Assembly (NCBI RefSeq): GCF_006345805.1 | Contig: NC_043003.1 | Coordinates: 67,456,001 to 67,520,000, forward strand | DNA: 64,000 bases | From: Octopus sinensis | Lineage: Eukaryota | Direction of reading: 5' to 3' | In this document: piece after piece, positions 48,684 to 62,965 of the stretch | Numbering within the stretch: the stretch's first letter is position 1 | Layout of the letters: each line of letters begins with the position of its first letter | Notes under the pieces: generated by a model | Databases searched by the model: none | The model's input: the letters and a program-made list of their open reading frames with translations, nothing else | Told to the model about the DNA's origin: nothing | Program-made: the position numbers and the translations under genes

Positions 48684-51600
48684 CAATTCTTTCACTAACT
48701 ACGAGCCATATATGAAAGAAAAAGAGGCATTCGAAAATTAAAGTGTATTCACTAAATATTGTAGCGGAGAATACCACTGTGTCATCAAAGATACAGTATT
48801 TAAAATCCTAATTGGGGAAACAAAGGGCATTAGACGCGAATGTAATTGTGTTGATTCTCATTTCATTCGAAGTCGCGAAACAATATATCAGACACAATGT
48901 AGCGTTGGATCGTGAAAGAAAGCTGCGGACGTTAAACATGAGAACATTTCAAAAGAGATCTTTCCACTTACAAGAAGTATTAAATTCCGGAAATGATCTT
49001 AAATGATAATTTACTGTGTCTTCAAAATGTAAAGAAAATCTTCTTCCCGTCTGAAAGAGTCAGAAACTTTCATACTGTCAACAGGAACTATTAGAATAGA
49101 CTTCTCTCAAACAGTAACAAACTCATACAAGAATTTTGAACGTAATTTGTACAATAGACTTAAAAACCAGTAGGAAGTAAAATGTCCAACAAGCTAAGCG
49201 AAATGCACCAGGTTAACATTATTATTGCACTTAAGGACCTCAAAATAAGTTTTCGGAACAACTGTAAATATAGGCTGTATAAAACAAATAAGCTTTGGAG
49301 TATATATAGTGAGAAAGCACGTTTTAGGAGCTATCTTGTTTTGAATTAGGAATGTTATAATCTGTACATGTGAGACAACGGGAGATACGATATTAGGTGG
49401 TTTAATAACATTAAGGATAAATATAGTTTTCTCAGTCTAACATGATATATTTTTATTTTTGACTGAATCAACATCGTTTCTAAAAGCAATGGAAGCTTAT
49501 ATGCTTATTAGTTACTTGGACATTGTTATAATCTTCCAAGCTAGGCAATTTTGATTGTTTTTGAGCGATTCAACCAGGATTGTATTCATTGATGTGCTTA
49601 AGGATGCATATGACGAAACCGATTTATTCATGCATATAGGTGCACATTCTATTGCATTAAGTATTAAAGAGAAATCGTGTTGTACACAGAGGCAATGGAC
49701 TTATTATTACTCGTAAGATTTAGGAAAGGTCTCATTGTATTCTCCCAACGTATCAATCTAAAAATCTCTGTTAATACAACTCTTCCTGTTGTTATCACCA
49801 TGGACAGTAATTTAGACGTCAAAATTAGGAGTTTTGCGACTTAGTGGAAAGGTAATAGAATTATATTCTAAGGGGACCCACTCAATTTGATGAAGCGTTA
49901 TTCAGTAGGCATAACTCTACTAAAACGATACACTCAAGAGCGCGGTTTCACTGAGCAGGTCTATTATTTAAAAATAGCTCCAATGATCTCGTAGTAGTAA
50001 GGCTAGAAACATTTTGTGGTTCAATCCCAAATGTAGTGTGAGTATAACGACTATATTTATCGTGTAAATTCTTTAGCTTAATATCTAGACATCTTCTAAT
50101 ATACCATATGCTGTATCATGTTCAGTTGAATCAGGTATTGTTGTTACAAGGACTTCGTCTTACTGTTGAACCACGCCAAATTAAAACGAATTCACGCAGC
50201 CAATGAAAATAAGCTAAAACGTTAAGTGTAACTGTAAAATGCACATCAACTAACTACGGTTTTAAAGGGAGTTTATTGGACAAGATATCTTATTGAGTGA
50301 AAATCCAAATTGACGACAATCCTTTCTACAAAATATATAAAAAGGCCAAAAGAAAACAACTTCATTATAGATTTTACCTGCTCAAGGATTTATTTATATA
50401 TCCAGAAACAGATACTCCTGGTTTCTGTCGAAGCACATGTTGCAAATGAATGAATCTAGTTCGACAACTTTCTAAATTCACTGGTTCATTTCAGAAAGAG
50501 CACACACGCATACACACACGCACCTCACACGCGTACACACGTATAGGTCTTATCCTCACTCCTTTAGATTCACGTTTCATTTACATGATAATTATTTTAT
50601 TCTGTTTCTCGACAAACGGTTTTAAATCTAATTATTGAAATATTGAACTGCGGCCGCTACTCAACAAATTACCCCGCTTTTCGACCAATTTCACCAATAT
50701 TTTCTTCTAATATGATATAATATATGCATTGCGGAAAGAACATTGAGGTCCCTATTATTTTCTGTATAAAATGCACCCTCTCCGAATTACTTGAATTCTT
50801 TTAATATTCAAGTGTTTTGTCTTCCAAACATTTAAATCATGTTTACTCTGACAAAAGAGACTAGATTTGTGGATATGCAAGTACGAACTTGCAAGGCTTT
50901 TTGCGCGTGACGTATGTGCGTGTGTGTGTGCATTCTGACGTTCATGTTCTTTATATGACAACCAACAAGAAAATAGCATACAACTGTTTTACTCTTTGCT
51001 TATCAGCAGATAACTCCAAACCATACTCCCTACTCACTTGGGTTTCAATTTAAACTGGACCCGGTATTGAAGGTAAGGTTGAGGAGATTCATAGTTTTGA
51101 GGAGTGTCGAACAACCTCTTAGCTACTATTGTGTCCAGGTCTACTATGTACCGGATTAATAGTACTTGCCAGGTTCACAGCCTTGGGTTAACTACATATG
51201 TTATGACATTCCATCTGAACGCGGTACGCAGCAATACCCTTGGTTGGTGTCTGGTGCGCAACAAGACAGCTGAGAATGTGCAATATATCATTATGCGTCG
51301 TCACAGCGTCACTCTATGAGAGTGATGTAAAACCTGCCATTGTACATGATTATGCTAGATACTATTAAGGGAGACTCGGAGATTAGTGCTGGTGTTCTAC
51401 ACGTGTTTATCACTATAACCCAATTATTTACATATGTATATTTATTGTAACCATATTTGTCAACCAATCTACTGAAAGTCTTATGCGATAGAAAATTTGC
51501 GGCGTGAACTTCGTCTGTCTTCTATGCTTCCAACGATGCAGATATGTAAATGGATTTAATAATCATCTAAGTTAACAAGAACAGACAACAATAAATGCCA

Positions 51601-51730
51601 TTGATAACAAAGAGGCAAGTGTAAAGATGGGCAATCGCCATTTTGTTCTAATTTTCTTTTTTCAAAATGTAACAAACTGTGTATCGTTGCCGATTTTCTT
51701 CCTCCGTCTTTCCTTCCTTTGAACTTTCCT

Positions 51731-51769
51731 GTATTTCTGAAGAAGACATTTGCTCGAAACGTAAAGTCC
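51731..51769 (+). ncRNA. Minimal type I hammerhead ribozyme motif
   Basis: ATTT-CTGAAGA(51737-51743)-A-GAC-attt-GCTC-GAAA(51756-51759)-CG-T-A(51763)-AAGT; 2-bp palindromic stem III (ACGT). Confidence 0.6.
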
Positions 51770-51886
51770 TCTTTCTTTTCTTTCATGAGCGTCTTATAAC
51801 ACAATACTTGTACAACGTCCTCGTGTTATTGTTTTTTCTTGCTTGTTCTTGTTTATTTGGATTCATAATATATATTATATATATAT

Positions 51887-51924
<38 letters not shown>

Positions 51925-51928
<4 letters not shown>

Positions 51929-52095
51929 GAGAGTTTACGAAAAAAACAAAAGAGGAAGACAGGTGCTGTACGAAACAAACAGATGTATTAGTATAACGCT
52001 CAGGAACAGAAAAAGTCTTTTACATTTCGAGCCTACGCTCTTCTACAGAAAGGGACACAGAAAAAACAAGGAGAGAAACAAGGAGAGAAAAAAGG
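51925..52095 (-). mobile_element. Short repeat carrying a variant minimal hammerhead (probable PLE pseudo-LTR)
   Basis: Homologue of 10550-10705. Minus strand CTTT-CTGTAGA-A-GAGC-GTAG-GCTC-GAAA-TG-TA-AAAG at 52054-52016. Confidence 0.7.
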
Positions 52096-52176
52096 AGAGA
52101 AAAAGGAAAGAAAAAAGAGAGAATATATATATATAGAGAGAGAGAGGGGAAGAGAGAGAGTTACATAGATAAACAG

Positions 52177-52227
<51 letters not shown>

Positions 52228-52709
52228 TATAGATATATATAGATATATATAGATATGTACAAACGGTCAAAATACGGGTCTCTTGACATGTTCAACAAAC
52301 CGTGACACCTAAACCAGGCACCAATCAACTTATGTTATTTAGTAAAATCATACACAGTTTGGAATTGGTCACAATACAGTTTGCGAAAATTAACATTCTG
52401 GAGCCTGACAAATGTATGTAAAGGCACACACGTTAACTATGTTACAAAAGGTGTAAATTGTGAAACATAACTGTTATCACTACAACAGGAACCCGAAGAT
52501 TGCATAGTTTAATGCATGAAAGTACTAGTTCAATAATTATGGGCACTTAATAGTCTATCATTTCATTATATTATATTATATTATATCATATCATATTATA
52601 TAACTATAAGTTTGTAAATAAAATGTGAGAATCAAATTTGCAATTTCTTTGAGTAATATATTCTTCCATACACAATCATATACACCCGAGTATGTATACA
52701 CACACACAT

Positions 52710-52767
<58 letters not shown>

Positions 52768-53146
52768 CACATGCATCTGTGTGCGTGGTGTGTGTGTGTG
52801 CGCGCGGAATTGTCCAACATTCGATGCTTCGGTGAGAAGTTTCGTAGAATATTCATTTAATTGTTTCGGGGAAGTGAAAAGACAGTAACAATTAAAGAAG
52901 ACCGTCTCAACTGTAAATTATAAAAACGCGAAATCTTGCGTAATATTTTCTGGGTTTGTCTGATCTCAGTTGAAATCATCCGCATTCTTCTACGATTAGC
53001 TGGCATAAACGCTGGTTGATTTATCTTGAGTTATCACAGGTTGAATCAAAGGAAAATATACATCCATACATACATATGCACGCAAACACGTACATATATA
53101 TACATATTTACATATATATATATATATGTATATATACGTCTATATT

Positions 53147-53190
<44 letters not shown>

Positions 53191-53221
53191 TACATGTGTG
53201 TCACACAACACACGAAAACAA

Positions 53222-53286
<65 letters not shown>

Positions 53287-53596
53287 ACACTTGTATATAT
53301 AAGTATCCAGGTATAAACATGTATGCGCGCTTGTGCGTGATACATAAAGATGTGTGTATGGATGTGCTTGCATATTATATATGAATACGTGTGTTCAAAT
53401 GTATAATAAATGAATGCAGACGTATAGACATATATATTCTCTTTTATCACTTTTTGTGTACGCATGGAATCATAAAAATGAGAAAAAATTGTATCTGTGC
53501 GCATCAATGCATTAGATTTTCTCATACGATTTAGTTTTTCATCATTCTTTATTGAAAATGTCGTATACATACATACATATATACATATGTATACAC

Positions 53597-53698
<102 letters not shown>

Positions 53699-54776
53699 AT
53701 ACGTATTTGAACGTACACCTATGTGTACATACACGTATACCTACTTACACATGTGCAATGGAGCACACAAACAAACAAACACACATAGAATAACATGGTT
53801 GACTTGTTAAAATATTTGGAAGCAGCGAACCGGAACGACCCAATGTCCTATAATGTTTAATATATTTGCGGCGGCGAGCGCAAGTATAAAGATTTACGTG
53901 TGTGTGCATGTGTCGTCTTTGTACACACACACACACATACACACACACACGCACCACACACACGCACCACACACACGCACCACACACATACACACACACA
54001 CACGTATATATATATATATATATGTGTATATAGGTGTGTTTGTTAAAGAGTCTGAACTTCAAACTCTCACCCGGTATATTACCATACCCGGAAAAATATG
54101 TTTAACGAAACCATAACATTATAGACTCCAAAGAATCAGCGTGGTAGTATAAAGCATAATAAACGTATGCACCACTGATTTCTATATAACGCCTCAAATA
54201 CAATACAATAATGGTTCGTATAAAATTGATTTTCCGTTGTTAGATATTAAACTACAAGGACAAATGTTTTTTTTTTGTTCATGAATTGAATAGACCCCAG
54301 TATAATTCTGATATTTATGATATAGATATATTTATGATCTTTCTGATATCGATATAATCATAATGAATTAGTGAGGTAGGATATTCATAAATCGATAGAT
54401 GCGAGGTATTGATTTTAAAAATGTGGCATAACGCAACAAATTTGAGAAATGTCGTATATGATTTGAGTAACTTTCACCGTACTAATAATTCCAAATGTTG
54501 CCCTACGGCCAGCATGTTCGGCAGAGGGGGTAAGTGGATTACATTGACTCCACTGCTCAACTGGTACTATTCCATCACCCTGAAAGGATGAAAGCAAAAG
54601 TCGACACCGGCGGAATTTGAACTCAAGGCGGATGGAACCCTGTTTAGCTTCTTATCCAACGTGTTCAGAATACTGCTAGCTCTATATTTCACCCTAATAT
54701 TCAACATATTTCAGGAAACAGGGAACTATAAACGAAAATAACGTTTACGGTTCCCTGTTTAATGGTGGGGTTTAAA

Positions 54777-55183
54777 TTTTTTACTCTCTTTACTTCTTTC
54801 AGTCATTTGACTGCGGCCATGCTGGAGCACCGCCTTTAGTCGAGCAAATCGACCACGGGACTTATTCGTTGTAAGCCTAGTACTTATTCTATCGGATTCT
54901 TTTGCAGAACCGCTAAATGACGGGGACATAAACACACAAGAATCGGTTGTCAAGCAATACCCAGGGAATCAAACACTGACACAAAAAACATACACACACA
55001 CACACACACATATATATACATATATACGACAGGGTTCTTTCAGTTTCCGTCTACCAAATCCATTCACAAGTCTTTGGTCGGCCCGAGGATACAGTAGAAG
55101 ACACTTGCCCAACATGTCACGCAGTGGGACTGAACCCAGAACCATGTGGTGGGTAAACAAGCTACTTACCACACAGCCACTCC
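54777..55183 (-). mobile_element. SINE family A, full length
   Basis: Reverse complement of the 40173 copy. Confidence 0.9.
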
Positions 55184-55498
55184 TAATTATAATACTTTCA
55201 CGACCTTAAGTCTAACATTTATAAGCCAAGATGAATAGGATATTCAAACATAAAGCAGTATGCGTTTGAGTACGTATCAGATTTCCTCCAACAAATATGT
55301 GATCAAGCTTGATCATTGTAAAAGCATGGCTGAGCAGAGCGCCCGTACAGCTGTGCGGCTAAGGAGCTCGCTGTGCACCAAAACAATTTCGAAACCACTC
55401 TCAATGTGCTTCACACCTTCAAGTTAATTCTGGTATTAAGTTCGGCCTAAACAATGCGTTGTGAGCGAATTTTGACAGAAACTATGTGGAAACCGGAG

Positions 55499-55541
<43 letters not shown>

Positions 55542-55577
55542 TAATGATGATAATAATAATAATAATAACAGCATCAT

Positions 55578-55660
<83 letters not shown>

Positions 55661-56324
55661 GTAATATTAATAATAATGATAATAATATGTGTGTATATAT
55701 ATGAGCCTGTCTTTGTATATGAATAGAAACGGCTTGACAAGTGGTATTGGTATATTTACGGGCCACCAACATAGAGCTTCAGTAAAGGAGAATGATAGAA
55801 TAACTACGAGACCAAAACAAATAAACATTGGTGTCAACTTATTTGTCCTTCATCGCTGTGCCCCAGCATGGACAATGACCAGGGACTGAAACACTTAAGA
55901 GACGAACTATAAACGGCAGGAAACTGGCATGTTCAATCATCACAAAATATGATTTTCTTCACGATATTTTGGATGTTTCGTCATGTATTAATCTTGTTTG
56001 AATAGATCTAAACGACAATCATCCCACATTCTATTTTTAAATGATATATTGATTGAAGGCTTTTTAAACAGTCGAATGTTCGTGAAATGCTGTCTCGCAT
56101 GTGCTTGTATCACTAGATGCGTTTTTTTTTATTTGAGTATTTATTTTGAAAGTACGTAATTAGGGTCTTGCTTGAGTCACCAAGTAACCGATATTACCTA
56201 AAGAGTGTCGACCTATGTATGTGTTAGAGATATAATGTCAGCATCAGAAAATCTATGAAAATCTATGAAAGTCTTGCTTAATTTGTTCATGAGTTAAACT
56301 GGAGCAAAATCTGCTTTCTTGATT

Positions 56325-56668
56325 TCGTCCGCCGCTGCGTTCTGAGTTTAAATTCCGGCGAGGTCGACTTTGCCTTTCATCCTTTTGGGGTCGATAAATT
56401 TAGTACCAGTTACGCATTGGGGTCGATGTAATTGACTTGATCCGTTTGTCTGTCCTTGTTTGTCCTCTCTGTGTTTAGCCCCTTGTGGGTAGTAAAGAAA
56501 TAGGTATTTCATCTGCGGCTAGCTTCTGAGTTCAAATTCCGCCGAGGTCGACTTTGCTTTTCATCCTCTTAGGGTCAATAAAATATGTACCAATTGTGTA
56601 ATGAGATCGATCTAATCGATTGGTCCCTTTCCTCAAAATTTCGGGCCTTGTGCCTAGAGTAGAAAGGA
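56325..56668 (+). mobile_element. Tandem pair of 5'-truncated SINE B copies with different tails
   Basis: The first ends GTAGTAAAGAAATA; the second restarts at GGTATTTC and ends GGCCTTGTGCCTAGAGTAGAAAGG. Confidence 0.8.
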
Positions 56669-56902
56669 CAATATGCTGGTTTTGCTTCTAAACCAAGGAA
56701 TAAGTAGGAGTTTCGACAACAGTTTTGTTGAATATAAAACACGCGTACTCAGATAAATATTAAGTGAAATTTGCAACATGTTATTTTCCCATAAATCTTT
56801 TGTTGATCTTCAGAAGAAAAATATTCATAAATAAATATAAAAGTTATATGGTATCTACAGGAATAATATTGATAATGAAAGAAAGTTATAAGCTATGACT
56901 GG

Positions 56903-56958
<56 letters not shown>

Positions 56959-57846
56959 TGTGTGTGTGTGTATCTGTATATATGCATGGATGTTTAAACA
57001 CTATTAAATAATATTCATTTGTAAATTACTTTTCGAAAGTAAATAGCATCTAGTAACTGAAGCCAGACGAATAAAACGTTTTGTAATCCGGTATCAGTAG
57101 ATTGCTATACGTTGCATGGTTTTGTAGCATTTACCATGACTGTCTGATATTTACGTATATTTTACATTTGTACGGATTGGTATTAGGTGTCCGTTTTTTA
57201 TTTTAGTCTGTGTTTACCCTAAGCCGAACTAAAATTTTTAACATCAGTTGAGTATGTTGAGAAAGTCGTTGGGATTAACTTGGCCTACTTCGTATCTTTT
57301 GCCATAATGTAGTCAAATTTGTGTTTTTAACACTGCAATAATTTGATTTAAAATACTTGCATTATGAGTTTTAAAACAGCGTGATAATTTAGATGGAAAT
57401 AATTGAAAAATGAGTTGAAGTTTTAGACAGATTTTGATTTGTATTTCTCATTAAAAATGAAATTGAGGACAAACTTTCTTTGACAGTCCTAGACACACAC
57501 TGACTGTAAATTTGAACTTGAGTTAAATAAAACATTCTTCCAAACTTTTTTATTAAAAATATTTCTTGATCGCATTTGTTGTAAAGAGCTAATAAAAGAA
57601 CTAGGGAAATTAACATTAGCATATGATAGCAATGGTTAATATTCTCCATGGGGCCTGGTAACGGTCGAAAGTGAGACAATTATTATTCACTATATATAAC
57701 AATAGATATGAAAGGTGCCACTATCAAATGAATCAAATGCGCCGTGACCTCGTTTCCGAACATATCAACAAAGTCTCAACCAGCTCATCACTTTACAATT
57801 TATTTAATAACATTTCTAAATGATACTATTCGTCACTTATCGCTAG

Positions 57847-57902
57847 GCAACCATTGATTCTTACTGCAATTGTCCCTATGTGCTGCTTCGGTTATATATT
57901 TG
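57847..57902 (+). CDS. Speculative internal exon (hydrophobic: QPLILTAIVPMCCFGYIF)
   Basis: TAG acceptor after a pyrimidine-rich run, open frame, weak GTGACG donor; no homology recognised. Confidence 0.15.
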
Positions 57903-58104
57903 GTGACGAGCAAACTTCTAAATTAAAGATTATGACTATTAATCTGATACAAAAATACGCGAATACATGACAGTTACGTATATCTAATCTCATATTTATT
58001 TGTACTTGAATATATAAACACGTTCATAGAACAGTACCTCACCGCATTTATAGTAAATGCAACACTTTTGTTTTCTGACAATTTCTTCCATGCACATTTC
58101 GCAG

Positions 58105-58184
58105 AAAAAGAAGAGTTAATTGCGAAAGAAGTGAATGGTAACACCAGTGATGTACAGGAACATAATATGAGACTAGACGAATGA
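58105..58184 (+). CDS. Speculative terminal exon (EKEELIAKEVNGNTSDVQEHNMRLDE*)
   Basis: Good acceptor ATTTCTTCCATGCACATTTCGCAG, purine-rich open frame to TGA; no homology recognised. Confidence 0.22.
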
Positions 58185-58386
58185 CGATATGTTTTATTTT
58201 ATGCTGAACACACATTGACTAAAGTTTACTACGATACACTTACTCGTGCACCGTTCTATAAAAAAAACTACATTCAACGATACTGAGTAAAAGTACACAG
58301 CGCTAATACATTTCCATATATTTGGCAACAAAACTGACATATATAAAGTAAGTCAGAATTTATGTTGTGTGAGTATATATACATGT

Positions 58387-58461
<75 letters not shown>

Positions 58462-58490
58462 TATATAAAAGATATACGCATACATACATT

Positions 58491-58581
<91 letters not shown>

Positions 58582-58806
58582 CTACATGTAGACCTAGGCT
58601 ATAAACAAGGCTCGTTTAATTAGAAGTTCGTTATGTAGTCATGTGGTATCAGGTTCACTCCCACTATACGGCACACCTTCAGTAAATGTCTCCTATATTT
58701 GCCCCCAACGCGACCAATACCTTGTAATAAGTGAATTTGGTTGACGGACACTGTGTGAAACACAGTAATACATACATATATGCTCCATCATGAAACGTAT
58801 AAAAGG

Positions 58807-58890
<84 letters not shown>

Positions 58891-59960
58891 ATGTGTGTGT
58901 GTGTATGTGTGTGTGTGTGTATGTGTTTGTGGATATATATATATATATATATATATATACGTATATAGGGGAACATGTCTGTGTACGTGCCTGTGTGTAT
59001 ACAGATAGATAGATAGGTAGGTAGATGTGGATGTATTTATATTCGATAAAGCATTTCGCAGCAAACAATATTACCATCGTGAAGGTAATCGATTTCTCCG
59101 CAAAATGGCTACAACACTAACATCTTGACGTCATTTCCCAAATATATTATATGTTTGTTTTTCACGCCAGACTACAGAATCATTTCAAAGGAAAACAGGA
59201 TTAAGTCATGAATTGGCTAAACATCGGTTGTTTAACTCATGACCCATTAAGATTACTCTCTTACTTATCATTTATATTATAAAACAAGTAATGGCCAGCC
59301 GAAATTTAAAATAAAACAGGACTATAAAGTCTAAGAATCGCTTCTCAAATGATTCAATTTAATTAGATATTTGTTTCGGTGTGTGCTTGTGGCCTGCCAC
59401 CGGAACATGTAATTACTGGTATTGTAATCAATTCCACTTTTCTAATCGAATTAATCAGTCATTTAACAATTTTTGCTCTACGAAGAAATATATATTAATT
59501 GATTGAACAAATTTTATCACACGTGTAAAGTAATGAGAGTCCCTTTTCTCTGTCTGTGTGTTTGCGTGTGTTTGTGGCAGTTTGTCCATGAGTGCGTTTG
59601 TGTCTGTGCGTTTGTGCATGCGCGTTTGTGTGTGCGGTGTTTGTGAATTTGTATGAAATAAATAAGGGGAAAAAATCATGCTATGTGTTTATGCGTTTGT
59701 AGAAATGTGTTTGCCAGTATACCTCTCCAGTTCTCTTTCCCCCTCACACTGAATTCTGTGTAAGACACGGTAAGAGGGGGAGTGAGAAAGTGAGAGAGAG
59801 GATAGGGATATATAAATCAAGAGAGAAGGTCTGAGAAGGGAGAGAGAAATAGGATGGAAGAGAAAATGAAAGAGGTGACAGGGCAATAGGGAGGAAGAGA
59901 ACAATATTTTTTACATGTATGGATGGGAAGTGAGAGCGTGAGTAAATGATCAAGAAACAC

Positions 59961-60002
<42 letters not shown>

Positions 60003-61060
60003 TAGAGTGAGAGAGAGAGAAAGAGTATATAATTCACACATCCGTTTCAGAAGCATGCTTGTGTACTTTACTCTGTGATTAGATTTACACTTTTGACACA
60101 TGACTTGTTAGTAAACACAGTGAACGTATTATTGAACAAATTACCATCTAGTTGTTTAGAATATTGAATAATTTTCCAATATATATTTTTCTCTCATAAA
60201 GCATGCTAAATAATAGCTTTGCCAGTCACCAATTATACTGAGGTTAGTTATTTCATATTTACAGCATTATTGATAAAATCCCTTCCGTTCGACTTCCTAT
60301 AATGTAATTAGAACTATTTTACGAATCGATGTCATCGCTATATAATGCAGCACTTTAAACACATAACGTTTATGTTTGACATCGTAAATATAATCTTCAG
60401 AGAAACTATCGCTGTTAGACTGACAATCTATACAGAACGGTGATCTTTGTTTTTCAGTTTTTTTCATTCAGTTAGCAAAGATAAAAGATGCCCAGAAGTA
60501 CTTCAGAGATGATTTGTAAAAAATAGCTAATTATCGGAATTTTTAATGAATATATATATATATATATACATACATACATAAATACATACATACATACATA
60601 CATACATACATACGTACATACATACGTACATACATACATACATACATACATACATACATACAATGACATATACTCTGTTGTGCATGTTAAATTCCAAAGA
60701 AGAAGCTTTGGCTTGAGGTTAGAAACCAGGCCTTTCTCTATTGGCAAGAAAACGTGAAATAAGACAGAACAGTTACACACACTCAAACACACTCACACAC
60801 AAATACACACACACACACACACATATATATATATGGGGACCGAGAGAAAAATTCAAAGTTAGAGAGACACACACACAAGAAACTGAATATCGTATCGGAA
60901 TTACTTGATAAAAAAAGTATAAACGTGAATCTTGTCAGTAAAGTTTCTTGTGCTTTGGGAGAGGAATTATGCCAATAATTGTAGCACACGCACAGGTTCA
61001 ATTCCACTTCTTTATTGGTTAAATATCTAACCAACTACCAAATCGGTCGTTTGTTTAAAG

Positions 61061-61551
61061 CAAGGATTTTTATCCATTTTTTTTTATCTATGGGTCCCTT
61101 TGATTACTGTTTTAACCTGGGGGACCCCCCACGGTCATTCGATGATTCAAAACTAGTTTTATAGGAACTTCTTGCAACATTCCTATTTTGTTGGCTCACA
61201 TTCACTATGTAAAATGTTTGAGAAAGAAATGTAACTGTTTCTTGCAGTGCATACAACTATAGCAAACCTTTTTAGGGGCCCTTAATAAGCTACTGTGGAT
61301 CCCAAATATACTGTTTTGTTTTATGGACCCCCAGCAATCGTATATGGACCTTCAGATGTCATACCTAAAGGATCATAATAAGAAACTTAGCTGTTTTTGC
61401 AAACATTGCAATATATGCACCGAAAGGGAAATCATCTGCGGGTGCCTTAAAATACTATCGTAGATCCCCAATTCATTATTTTGTAGCGTGGACCCCCAAA
61501 AGATCTTATATGGATCCTCGGGGCCATATGGCTCCCGATTGAGAACCACTG
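61061..61551. mobile_element. hAT-like non-autonomous DNA transposon (MITE)
   Basis: Right end TTGAGAACCACTG is a Charlie-type TIR; degenerate left end CAAGGATTTTTATCC; internal GGACCCC repeats; 8-bp flanks GTTTAAAG/GTGTAGAG fit NTNTANAN. Confidence 0.55.
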
Positions 61552-61921
61552 GTGTAGAGTGTTGGTTAAACAATCAATCGCTAGTTTGTTATTCAAAGTT
61601 CTTACTTCGCTGTTCACGGCATCTTTAGTGAGTCGGAGACTTTACTATTTCCTAACATAAATTGATAGTGTGAATTGTTGTAAAGCAATTTGTTTAAATA
61701 ATCGGTAAAGAATTTCGTGATACATATTTTATTATTATTATTAGCCATTTTCTAAATATGGCATCTCATCACATGAGTCAGATGAATTGATACTCCAGTT
61801 TGAAACCCGACTCAAGTATACTATTTTCATTGCTCTAATAAACACATTAAATGTATAGACTAAAGGTGATGTGTCCATACGCCGATAAACACACGATACA
61901 CTACAATATTTTCGGTTACAA

Positions 61922-62127
61922 GGGCTGTGAGCTGACAGAATCGTTATCACGCCGAGCGAAATGAGTAGCAGTATTTCGTTTACTGTTACGTTCTGAGTTC
62001 AAACTTCGCCGACGTGGACTTTGCTTTTTGTCCTTGTGGGGTTGATTATATAATCACAAGTTATACCATTTGTCTGTCGTTGTTTTTCCCCTCTATGTTT
62101 AGCACCTTGTGGGCAATAATGAAATAA
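61922..62127 (+). mobile_element. SINE family B, internally deleted
   Basis: GCTGTGAGCTGACAGAATCG...GAGTTCAAAC...CCCTCTATGTTTAGC. Confidence 0.7.
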
Positions 62128-62779
62128 ATGTTTATGGTGCCAAATGAAAGAAGGCAGACGTTATTTGTTCAAACACAAGTGATGTACGTAAGAGTTTAAA
62201 TACAGTTCACATACTTGAGCCTACACTTGCTGACCTCACCCATCACTGCATGAATACATTCGGTTAATTTCGATGTAAATATATGTGTTGTATCCGCTGC
62301 TTTTTTAATCATAACTACTCATCAAGCTAATGATTTCTCCCTCCCGACGGATGAAATTTTAATTAACAATGTTTAAAAACTGTAACTGTTGATCAAACAC
62401 ACGCAGGTATTCGCGCGCGCGAACACGTTCACACACACATATAGGCAGACACACACTGAAGCACACAGGGAACGCATATTAGGTTACATTTGTAATAAAA
62501 AGTTAATTAATATAAATTTCTTTATAGAATTCCTTTATAGACCAAAAATTGTTAAATAATTGACACGATTAGAAAAGACAAATCGATTACAGTACCAGTA
62601 ATCATGTTCCGGTGGTAGGCTGTGAGCACACACCGAAACGAATATCTAATTAAAGTGAATCATTTTAAAAGATGGTTCTTTAATTTTACAGTTTTATTTT
62701 ATGCTACTACTAGTTGCTACTTAATTTAGATTATAGTTGACCAGTAAGACACTAGTATTCATGGATCACGGTTAAACGT

Positions 62780-62965
62780 CCGAAATGTAGAGGATTCATG
62801 ACTTACTCTCGATTTACAAGGATATTTGAAAGCCTGAAGCATTGAGGTACTGACCTTGTTCTGAAATTTTCATGCTTCGAATTCTTTCATAGCCATTTTA
62901 TCCTTGAAATACCTTCGAATGTCTGAGGTATGCACGAATGCCCAGAAACGACCGTTTATATTCTG
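62780..62965 (+). mobile_element. Possible PLE 3' end with decayed hammerhead
   Basis: RIFESL.. fragment, then GAATGT-CTGAGG-TATGC-acgaat-GCCCA-GAAA-CGACCG-TT-T-ATATTC. Confidence 0.3.

Noticed and set aside
44810-51072. Candidate plus-strand exons 44810-44965, 49578-49712, 51010-51072 and an acceptor at 47238
   Set aside because: Splice-site-bounded open frames but no recognisable protein and no way to link them; needs RNA-seq.
60472-60519. Candidate terminal exon LAKIKDAQKYFRDDL*
   Set aside because: Strong acceptor only; 15 codons, no support.
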